The position numbers and the translations under genes are program-made. This document shows positions 1-8,144 of a stretch of 64,000 nucleotides of DNA, piece after piece. The notes below the pieces were generated by a model. It saw only the letters and a list, made by a program, of their open reading frames with translations. It did not search any database and was not told the DNA's origin. Numbering within the stretch: the first letter of the stretch is position 1; each line of letters begins with the position of its first letter. Source of the stretch: an uncultured Poribacteria bacterium (GTDB lineage Bacteria > Poribacteria > WGA-4E > WGA-3G); contig CATQHZ020000001.1 in assembly GCA_958296135.2 (NCBI GenBank), positions 4,224,001 through 4,288,000 on the forward strand, in the 5' to 3' direction.

Positions 1-461
1 TCGACGTTGAAAACTTTGCCGATAACGCCGGAATGAACCAGCTCGCGGAGCGTCCAAAAATCTGCATCCCAACGCCGGTTGTGATGCACGGATAACATGA
101 CACCGTTTTCCTCGGCGGCGGTAATCATCTCGGTGGCTTCCGCAATCGTGATGCACATCGGTTTCTCGACGACAGCGTGCTTGCCGGCATTGAGGCACGC
201 CACCGTCGGTGCGCAGTGCAGACTGTGCGGGAGAACGTTCGCAACCAGATCGACCTCGGTGTCGGCGATGAGTTCTTCAACGGTGTTATAGGTTCGGATG
301 CCGGGGAAATCCTGTTTCGCCGCATCGGTGCGTGATGCGTCAATGTCGCACACGGCGACGCAGTGGATGCCATCGGTGCGCTCCATCATATTCGCGTGTG
401 CCTTGCCCATATTAAAGGCTGCGCCGTAACCAAGCACAGCACCTCTAATCGTATCTGCCAT
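1..461 (-). CDS. Gfo/Idh/MocA family oxidoreductase (5' part; runs off window)
   Basis: Manual translation MADTIRGAVLGYGAAFNMGKAHA...HAVVEKPM...HHNRRWD shows a Rossmann start and EKP motif. Not in the ORF track because it has no stop in the window. Confidence 0.85.
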   Translation of the reverse strand, partial: MADTIRGAVLGYGAAFNMGKAHANMMERTDGIHCVAVCDIDASRTDAAKQDFPGIRTYNTVEELIADTEVDLVANVLPHSLHCAPTVACLNAGKHAVVEKPMCITIAEATEMITAAEENGVMLSVHHNRRWDADFWTLRELVHSGVIGKVFNV

Positions 462-778
462 TAATTGTGGCTCCTTCTTTCAAATCTGAATACGTTAATT
501 ATAACATAAAAGTCGGAATAATGGATAGATTTTTTGACAATTCGGCAGAAAGATGCAAAAATATCGATTTTCTTGAAAAAACTGCATTTTTTATGGTACC
601 TTTTGCCGCAAAACAACGTCTACGTTTTTAAAAGCGTTCATTGCGCATTCCGGAAATTACGTTTACTATGACGAAATCGGGCCCGGCGATTCAGAACTCT
701 GGCAGGGGTGGACGTATCTGCAAGTAACCGATAGTGACACACCCTTAGGTTCTCTCCGACATCAAAAGGAGCGAAACT

Positions 779-1654
779 ATGCGAATGCTTGTTTTCACGA
801 CGATGCTCGCTCTGTGCCTACTTGGCACGGGAGAGGCTGCGCCACCATCTCCAGCCGGTGGCGAATACCTCCGCATCTACGAGCAAGGCGACTATGCCGC
901 TGTCCCAGACCACGACGACTTTGACGTTAACTTGCAAAAAAATGGATTCACCATTGAAATGTGGGTGTATCTGGAGCGGCCCTTGAAGGAACGCGACGAC
1001 GCAAGGGCCCAACCCTTGGAAGTCTGGTCCCTCCTTTACAAAAACGAGAGTTACAGATGGGATATGTTTCCGCCCGGCTCTCCGAGTTTTCACTTTACCT
1101 TCCGAGAAGGATTCCACGCAGGAGGCCTCCCCGGTTTGAAGGCAAAGTTGCCGCTGGAGCAGTGGCACTACATTGCTGTCACCTTCACAGAACAGTATCG
1201 GCAGCGCTGCGTCAACAACCGGCTGCGAGGGACGCGTGGCAGCCTGCTGAGATTTGATAACACCGATGGGCCCCTCCGCATTGGCGGCGGCCGCAAGCCC
1301 TTACTCGGGATCGACCCCGGGCCCTTCCTCGGAAAACCGGTTTGGGTGGACTTCACCGGGGGCCTGATTGACGAAGTCCGCATCTCAAATGTCGTCCGAT
1401 ATCCCGCAGAGGGTATAGCGGAAAAAAAATGGAACGAAGTCTGGGAGAAAACCATAGAAGTGCCGAAAGGCCGGTTTGAACCCGATGAACACACGATTGC
1501 TCTCTGGCATTTTGATTTTGAGGGCGCACCGGAGTCAAAGTGGCGGGATGCCGCCGGAAACGGACATCACCTCACCTACAATGGCACCTACTTGCATGTC
1601 AACCCCCATGGCAAACTAGCCACGACATGGGCAGACTTCAAGATGCGTCGCTAG
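779..1654 (+). CDS. Secreted LamG-like jelly-roll domain protein with Poribacteria-type C-terminal motif
   Basis: Signal peptide; FTIEMWV, WHYIAVT, GLIDEVRISN, ALWHFD motifs; ends VNPHGKLATTWADFK; RBS AAGGAG. Confidence 0.8.
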   Translation: MRMLVFTTMLALCLLGTGEAAPPSPAGGEYLRIYEQGDYAAVPDHDDFDVNLQKNGFTIEMWVYLERPLKERDDARAQPLEVWSLLYKNESYRWDMFPPGSPSFHFTFREGFHAGGLPGLKAKLPLEQWHYIAVTFTEQYRQRCVNNRLRGTRGSLLRFDNTDGPLRIGGGRKPLLGIDPGPFLGKPVWVDFTGGLIDEVRISNVVRYPAEGIAEKKWNEVWEKTIEVPKGRFEPDEHTIALWHFDFEGAPESKWRDAAGNGHHLTYNGTYLHVNPHGKLATTWADFKMRR

Positions 1655-1794
1655 CGCGTAGACACCCAGATTCAAGCCCAGGGCTGCTAAAGCAGAAAAA
1701 TGCAAAAATGCAGGGATAACGCATGCAGGAACGAATGTCCCGTTTTTACGCTAATTTTTTGGCGGACGAAAGTCGTGGGCTTAGCCCAATCTTT

Positions 1795-2140
1795 TATTGC
1801 ACGCGTCTTGTAGGAGAGACCTCCTGGTCTCGATTAGGAGGGACATCCCTGTCCCGATATTGCACGCGTCTTGTAGGAAAGACATCCTGGTCTCGATATC
1901 GCACGCGTCTTGTAGGAGGGACATCCTGGTCCCGACACCGCACGCCTCTTGTAGGAGGGACATCCCTGTCCCGATTAGGGGGGACATCCTGGTCTCGATA
2001 TTGCACGCGTCTTGTAGGAGAGACCTCCTGGTCCCGACACCCCACGCCTTCTTGTAGGAGGGACATCCCTGTCCCGATTAGGAGGGACATCCTGGTCCCG
2101 ATATCGCACGCATCGAGACGCGGGAGGTCTCTCCTACGGG
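1795..2140. repeat. Tandem cluster of GTAG-type REP palindromes
   Basis: Repeated (G)TAGGAG(A/G)GAC(C/A)TCC(T/C)(G/T)GTC(T/C)CGA units with CACGCGTCTT linkers, closed by an inverted copy near 2112-2138. Confidence 0.85.
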
Positions 2141-2244
2141 GGCGCGCCGCTGCCAGCGCGCTAGCCCGCGAGGAAAGACTGATGAATTCAGGCGAGCCCG
2201 AACTACTGAAATACCGTATGGTGCCATACGGTGCAAAGGCACAC

Positions 2245-5200
2245 CTACCGCGCTTTCAATTCACCCCAACGCGTCGTGAACTTGCCGCGCGCACCGACAT
2301 GCCCCTTCAGGCGCGTCGTCGCCAAGGGCAAACGCACACCACCAAAAGATACCTCTTCCAGCCGATAATACGAGACAACCCCCGGCTCCGCCGCAGTATC
2401 CGTGAACGTGTAAATATGCTCCTCACCAGACGTGCCAGCACCCAGAATCAACGCCGGGTTGATAATGCGAAACGGCCCCTGTCGACTCGCGCCGCGCAAG
2501 ATGTTGAAACCCGCCAAGTCTACCTCTGACTCGGTAGTCCAACGGATAACAACGCCCGCCTCCGTTTGAAGCGCGTGGAACTGCGACAAGACAACCGGCA
2601 ACGCACCGCCTCGCCGATAACCAGGGGTACCGAGGTCTGTCTCACGTCCGAAATAGGTGATACCCACGAGTTTCACCTGTGACGCGCTCACCCAACTCGC
2701 CGCCTCCGTACCCGGCAGCGGCGCGCCATCGGCATACTTGCGCAGCAGCGAGACACGCACGCCATCGGCCGTCTCAAAGGGCGGAACTTGCCACACCGGT
2801 GCGTCTTTCGTCCGAGCCACACCATCTAAATTCCCAACCCTGTCAACCAGAACACCCGCCGCATCCAAGAGCTGCACCGAGAAACCCAGCGGATTCAACA
2901 TGTCGTTCCGCCGCTCACGTAGGTTAAAAGCCCGCTTATGACGGAAACCAAGGTGGTACACCCGACTCTCCGGAAAATGCCCAGAATGCTCATCATGCCA
3001 CGTCGTGAGTAGGAGAGTCTGGTTGGGCAACACGGTGAACGGCGAGAAAGAAATCCCCTCATGCCGATGCCGCCGCGCATTCTCTACATCCAGATATTCC
3101 ACTACCAACCGCCAGCCTTCCAGCGCCACCGGCGCTGTCAAGGACGGATTGTAGAGCTCTATCCACTGCGGACCGGCACGGGCACCGCCAGTCGTGAGCA
3201 TCAATTCGCTCACACTCAGCTGCGCCGTAGGAGTTGCCGCGGTCACAGCCGGCACGTCATACCCGGGTGTGCCGAGGCTCGTCGCCGCATCCGCAGCACG
3301 ACGATACCCAAGCCCGCCGTGATACCCACTCGCGCGCCAAGCAGCAGCGACATAACCGCGTTTCTCCGTGGAGACCCGCTGCCAGGCCTCTCCTTCTGTC
3401 AATGGCGGCGCATCGCCCGGAAGCTCGGTGCCTTGCAGCGGCCACACTTGCGTGCCCCCCTCTGCAGCGAAATAGCCGGTCTCGCGGAAGTAATTCCCCG
3501 CCACATCCTCCAGTGCCTCCGAGGTGCCATTCTTATCAATAGCACTGCGCAGCAACAACAGGTAGCGCGTCGCCGGCAATTTCAACCCCGATGCGACGAA
3601 ATAGCGATGCGTCGCACCTTTTTTGCCAGCACCTGTCGCAATGTTCACCCCACTAGCCAAGGCTGTCTCGCCCGGCGCGGTGTTTGTGATGAGCAACACC
3701 TCCCCCGCCGGCAACGTGTAGGCCGGGAACGTGACGAGAACCACATCCCGATTCGCCGCATCGCCTGATGGCGCAACGATACTGAGCTCCCAGCCCGAAA
3801 GCGAAAGTGACGCATCGCTGATGTTTTTCACCTCTACCCAATCGTCTCGGGCTGCCGAAGCATTCCGAATCTCGTTGAAAACAAGCCGATCCAAGGCGAC
3901 AGGCGCAGGCTCCTTCACCAGCACGGGCACATACCCCGTGGTGCCGAAACCGGATGGAGACCAGGGGCTGAAGCCCGCCTCAGTCTTCGCCCGCACTTGC
4001 AACTCATAAGTGGTACCCGGGATTAAGTCGGTGAGCGTGAGGCGCGTCTCTGTCCCCTTATGGCCTGCATCTGTCCACGCCTCGCTGTCCTCTACCCGAT
4101 AGCGCAGCTCATAGCCTCGCACGGCATACGACGGCGCGGCCCACCCTACCGGTAGACTGGTAGGCAGGAGGGGGGGGGTAACTGTTGTTACCATCGGTGC
4201 CGCGATCCTCGTGGTGCCGAAACCGGATGGAGACCAGGGGCTGAAGCCCGCCTCAGTCTTCGCCCGCACTTGCAACTCATAAGTGGTACCCGGGATTAAG
4301 TCGGTGAGCGTGAGGCGCGTCTCTGTCCCCTCGTGGCCTGCATCTGTCCACGCCTCGCTGTCCTTTACCCGATAGCGCAGTTCATAGCCTTGCAAGGCAT
4401 ACGACGGCGCGATCCACCTTACCGGCAGACTGGTAAGCAGGGGGGCACCTGTTGCTATCGTGGGTGCCGCGAGGGCACCGGGGACCACGTTAATAGTGAA
4501 GGTAGCCTGGAGCGTCGTTTCCTCGTGTGTCACCGTCGCCACCACGGTTCGCTGCCCGAGGGGTTTGCCCGGCGTGAAGGTAGTCTGTACCTCTCCTTCC
4601 TCCGCGTCGCGCAGGTTATACGTGGGGTCCAACGCCGTTGTTTCCGCCGGATCCACGGTGCCCTCTCCCTCTGTCACTGCAAACGTCACCGGCACGCCAG
4701 CAAACCGTTCGCCGTTTTCATCCAGCACCTTCACGACGAGTGCTTCCGGCAGTGCCTCGCCCGGCCCGACGGCTTGCCCATCACCAGAGACTATCTCAAG
4801 CGTTGTGGGAACGCGAGAGGCAAAGGAGATTCCCCAGATCCAGTCAGGGCGGTAAATAATAACCTCATTTCTTTCTACAATAATGGGAATATGCGTGTAG
4901 AGTGAAGGGTAACTCAGCGGGTTAGTAAGGTGCAAGGTCGTGGGTACGTTTCCCATGAAAATTAAGTTAATTAATGCCGTGAACTCCGTGAGCGGTGAAA
5001 CATCACGAATCTCATTGCCCTCAAGCCAAATTTCTTTTAACGCTGTGGCACCTCGGAGCGGTGAGATATCGCGGATTTCATTGCCCCTAAGCCATAACTG
5101 CTCCAAATTTGTCAAATCCCCGAGCGGCGAGATGTCAGTGATTAGGTTGTTCATGGCATATAGCGATTCCAAATTCGTCAGTGCTTGAAGCGGCTGAAGG

Positions 5201-5766
5201 TCCCGGACACCGATAGAAGCGATCTGTAACTCTGTCAGTGCCGTCAGGGTGCTGAGTCCCTCAATGTTATCGCCAAGATTCCGGTTAGCCGAGATTCTTA
5301 ACGTCTTTAACAGTGTCAGGTTTCCGAGCGACGGGATGGATTGAATGTCATTAAGGCTGACATCTAATGTCTCCAAACTCGTCAGGTTTTGGAGAGGCGT
5401 GAGGTCGCGAACGTTATTACCTAGGACGTTAATGGTCGTCAAAAGCGGTAGATTTCCGACCGGTGTGAGGTCGCTAACGTCATGATGCCAGACAGTTAAT
5501 GTCGTCAAATTCCTCGCATGCTCTAGCCCGACTAAGTTTTTTATAGGCGTCGCTGGTTCTCTCAGATCCGATGCACCGATAGTCAGCGTTTGCAGGCCGT
5601 TCATCCAGATCACGGGAATGGGATTGTCATGCATTATAGAGAGTTCTGCCCTCACCGTAGCTTCCAACGCTGAATCAGTGAAAACAACATTCTGTGCAGA
5701 AGCCACGGGGATCCAACAACTGAGAAACACCAGTAGCATGACAAAAAGTGAGATAAAACGCCTCAT
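2245..5766 (-). CDS. Large secreted protein: internalin-type LRR, Ig-like, 2x FN3, 2x lamin-tail-like domains, Poribacteria-type C-terminal motif
   Basis: Signal peptide; LxxLxLxxNxIxDIxPL repeats; IVSGDGQ..LVVKV Ig domain; two GYELRYR..YELQVRA FN3; LVFNEI..DWVEVKN and VSELM..QWIELYN; ends GKFTTRWGELKAR. Confidence 0.85.
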   Translation of the reverse strand: MRRFISLFVMLLVFLSCWIPVASAQNVVFTDSALEATVRAELSIMHDNPIPVIWMNGLQTLTIGASDLREPATPIKNLVGLEHARNLTTLTVWHHDVSDLTPVGNLPLLTTINVLGNNVRDLTPLQNLTSLETLDVSLNDIQSIPSLGNLTLLKTLRISANRNLGDNIEGLSTLTALTELQIASIGVRDLQPLQALTNLESLYAMNNLITDISPLGDLTNLEQLWLRGNEIRDISPLRGATALKEIWLEGNEIRDVSPLTEFTALINLIFMGNVPTTLHLTNPLSYPSLYTHIPIIVERNEVIIYRPDWIWGISFASRVPTTLEIVSGDGQAVGPGEALPEALVVKVLDENGERFAGVPVTFAVTEGEGTVDPAETTALDPTYNLRDAEEGEVQTTFTPGKPLGQRTVVATVTHEETTLQATFTINVVPGALAAPTIATGAPLLTSLPVRWIAPSYALQGYELRYRVKDSEAWTDAGHEGTETRLTLTDLIPGTTYELQVRAKTEAGFSPWSPSGFGTTRIAAPMVTTVTPPLLPTSLPVGWAAPSYAVRGYELRYRVEDSEAWTDAGHKGTETRLTLTDLIPGTTYELQVRAKTEAGFSPWSPSGFGTTGYVPVLVKEPAPVALDRLVFNEIRNASAARDDWVEVKNISDASLSLSGWELSIVAPSGDAANRDVVLVTFPAYTLPAGEVLLITNTAPGETALASGVNIATGAGKKGATHRYFVASGLKLPATRYLLLLRSAIDKNGTSEALEDVAGNYFRETGYFAAEGGTQVWPLQGTELPGDAPPLTEGEAWQRVSTEKRGYVAAAWRASGYHGGLGYRRAADAATSLGTPGYDVPAVTAATPTAQLSVSELMLTTGGARAGPQWIELYNPSLTAPVALEGWRLVVEYLDVENARRHRHEGISFSPFTVLPNQTLLLTTWHDEHSGHFPESRVYHLGFRHKRAFNLRERRNDMLNPLGFSVQLLDAAGVLVDRVGNLDGVARTKDAPVWQVPPFETADGVRVSLLRKYADGAPLPGTEAASWVSASQVKLVGITYFGRETDLGTPGYRRGGALPVVLSQFHALQTEAGVVIRWTTESEVDLAGFNILRGASRQGPFRIINPALILGAGTSGEEHIYTFTDTAAEPGVVSYYRLEEVSFGGVRLPLATTRLKGHVGARGKFTTRWGELKAR
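3937..4438 (-). repeat. Near-identical tandem duplication (273-bp period) encoding two FN3 domains
   Basis: CGTGGTGCCGAAACCGGATGG... starts at both 3937 and 4210. Confidence 0.85.
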
Positions 5767-5960
5767 GGTCTGTCTTCTCCTTTTCGGTGTAAGGTATGCG
5801 AGGAAGCAAGCGGTGCTTGCGCCGCATACGCAATAGGTTTGAGTTGTCTCCCTAGGGCCAGATTTCCGTATCTCGTCCTACAGAGACGCTGCAAATCAAA
5901 TAGATTATATCTAATTTGCGGAAAAAAAGCCAGTTTTTTGCAAAAACTCCTCCTCTAACC

Positions 5961-6090
5961 CGTAGGGCGAGGGCCGTCACGGTCACGCCTACAGAAAATG
6001 TGCGTGTGTCGCCCCGCGTAAACACGCTACCTTACTTTAACTTTGTCATCTCTGCAGCCTCGCTGCAGAGATGTCCACTGCCCCTCGCCA
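5961..6090 (+). repeat. REP hairpin with internal cargo (one 45-bp unit)
   Basis: GTAGGGCGAGGGCC-[GT CACGGTCACG...GCGTAAA CACGCTACC...CTGCAGCCTCGCTGCAG...]-TGCCCCTCGCC; same element at 12717, 39631 and 44645. Confidence 0.8.
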
Positions 6091-6135
6091 GGCTGTCTGC
6101 GTCAAACGCACAATCGCGGGGGCCACGTCCCCGAA

Positions 6136-7599
6136 CTACAGCGTTGTGCGCGTCAACCCCAGCGGCCGCCGCCGAATCTCATGCCACGGCCCCGTAATCG
6201 CAAGCGTAATCCCCTGATTCTGGATGTTTATGAACAGCGTCGTCCCATCCGGTGAAAAGGTTGCGCCTGCTAATTCGGACGTATTCCCGGCGTTACGCGC
6301 GAATCGGTAGAGATGCCCGTCTGGCGTTACGCCTACCAAAAACTGCTCCCTCGGTCCGTCTTCACAGAGGATCAGGTCTCCCCACGGTGTCACCGTCAGG
6401 TTATCGGCGTTTTCGAGGAGATTACTGTTGTTCGGTTCAATGAAGAGTGCCAGCGTGCCGGGCTGTTTGTCTTCGTCGGTTGTGCCTTCGTAGGGGCTCG
6501 GCGTGTATCGCCAGATTTGCCCTTTTCGCTTGATACCGCCGTTCGTGCAGGCGATATAGAAGTCGGTGCCGCTGAACCATATCCCTTCACCGCGCGCGAA
6601 CTTTGCCGCGGCCTTTCCGTCAACGCCTTGTTTGCGAAGATCATCCTTCGGCGACTCCACGTTCTCAATATCCACCCATGCTACATCCAAAACTTCGCCT
6701 ACCGGGAGAGGTTTGTATGTCCAGGGGAAGAACTTTTGTGTGCCGCTTTTCCAATTGCGGGTATCCGCGCCTTTCACATCACGAATTTGCAATGCCTGCA
6801 GGCGGCCACCCTTAGCAAGTTCACCTTGTTGTTCAGGAATAAACCGATAGATGAGCCCATCGTTTCTATCCTCGGTCTGGTAGACAATGCCGGTTCGCGA
6901 GTCCACAGCGATAGCCTCATGGTTGAACCGTCCCATCGCCTTGAGCGGCACGGGCGGGGCAAGTCCCACCGTAGCGGAGACAGGCACCTCAAAGTTGTAA
7001 CCGTGGTCCCGTTCGTAAGTTTTCTCCGCCTTTTGGACGGTTTCCTCGCAGGTTACCCAGGTCTGCCACGGAGTCGGCCCGCCGGCACAATTACGGATAG
7101 TGCCAGCCAAACTCAGGAAATGTTTGTCCAGCGTCCCCGTGCGGGTGTCATAGACGAGCGTCGTCGTGCCCCCAAGCCCTGGTGTCTCCCCTGAGCCTGC
7201 CTCGTAGAATTTGCCGATTTCTGCCCGCTCAATCTTCTCGTTATTCCACCCAAAGGCACCGAGAGTCTTGTCGGTTGCGTTCAATTCGTGATTGCGGACG
7301 AGGAGTGTCTTTCCATTTGGGCCGGGGAAGGCGGCCATGCCATCGTGTTTGCCCGGCACCCACAGCCCATCGTCCATCATCTCCCCGGTTCGTGAGATAC
7401 CGATGGCGGTGAAGCCTTCCGGCAGGTCGAGGAGCCGATTTGCGCTCGGCATAAACTGATAGGGCAGCTCAGGTTTGAAGCAAGGGATGTTGTTGAGTAA
7501 GGCGCGGTTACATCCTAGAAAACCGAGGCTGACTGCGACAGATGCACTGGCGAGCGCGCCCGTGCGTAGAAACTGCCGACGCGATAATTTGCTCTTCAT
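6136..7599 (-). CDS. PhoX-family (DUF839) Tat-exported alkaline phosphatase
   Basis: SRRQFL Tat motif; HDGMAAF, LVRNHE, RNCAGGPTPW..TCEE, GRFNHEA, RGEG, ADNL, CEDG, ELAGATFSPDG. Confidence 0.88.
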   Translation of the reverse strand: MKSKLSRRQFLRTGALASASVAVSLGFLGCNRALLNNIPCFKPELPYQFMPSANRLLDLPEGFTAIGISRTGEMMDDGLWVPGKHDGMAAFPGPNGKTLLVRNHELNATDKTLGAFGWNNEKIERAEIGKFYEAGSGETPGLGGTTTLVYDTRTGTLDKHFLSLAGTIRNCAGGPTPWQTWVTCEETVQKAEKTYERDHGYNFEVPVSATVGLAPPVPLKAMGRFNHEAIAVDSRTGIVYQTEDRNDGLIYRFIPEQQGELAKGGRLQALQIRDVKGADTRNWKSGTQKFFPWTYKPLPVGEVLDVAWVDIENVESPKDDLRKQGVDGKAAAKFARGEGIWFSGTDFYIACTNGGIKRKGQIWRYTPSPYEGTTDEDKQPGTLALFIEPNNSNLLENADNLTVTPWGDLILCEDGPREQFLVGVTPDGHLYRFARNAGNTSELAGATFSPDGTTLFINIQNQGITLAITGPWHEIRRRPLGLTRTTL

Positions 7600-7651
7600 T
7601 TGTTTTTTCTGCCTAGTGGTGGTTCAGCTGCGGCTGTGAATAGGAAAAGCC

Positions 7652-7690
7652 ACATGCCTTTGAAACCCCTCTACGGGGTGCAATGTTTAT
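7652..7690. repeat. Dispersed repeat with short hairpin; second copy at 43866-43904
   Basis: ACAT(G/A)CCTTTGAAACCCC-N5-GGGGTGCAATGTTTAT occurs at both positions. Confidence 0.65.
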
Positions 7691-8144
7691 GGACAGCGTC
7701 CACCTACCAGGCCCTCCATGTTGAAGTGCTGTGTCATCCTGCGCGCTGCAAAAGCGCGACATTTGCATCCTCCAATTCATTCGTAACTTAACTATAGCGT
7801 AATTGTTTTGAAAAATTGATAAAAATTTATGACAAATTCAATTTATTAGGGCCCCCGCGAACTCCCGCCCTGCACGAAAAACGCCCAAGGCTTTCTCTCT
7901 TGGCATCAGTATACCTTCAAACGTTTAACGTGTCAAACAATCTTTTAAAATAGCATAGGTATCCCGTCTTCAGTTTTTAATTTTGAAAAGCAACAACAGG
8001 CCCTTTCCTTAATGGGACAACTAAATGCCGCTGTGGGCTCACCCTAGGAGCACGTCCCAAAATCGCCATGCCTAAGAATTTTCTTGCATTAACCTTGCAC
8101 AATATGTTTTAATACGATAAACGCTTAAGGAGAACCTGAAACGA

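Noticed and set aside
1795-2140. Possible CRISPR array (also 12733-12867, 31488-31703, 53268-53500)
   Set aside because: Units are tandem or separated by recurring linkers rather than unique spacers, and no cas genes are present; these are REP/VNTR arrays.
1723-2529. 268-aa repetitive ORF (similarly 12638-12889, 14298-15407, 31444-31920, 33750-34206, 39604-39804)
   Set aside because: These are translations of REP repeats or antisense shadows of real genes.
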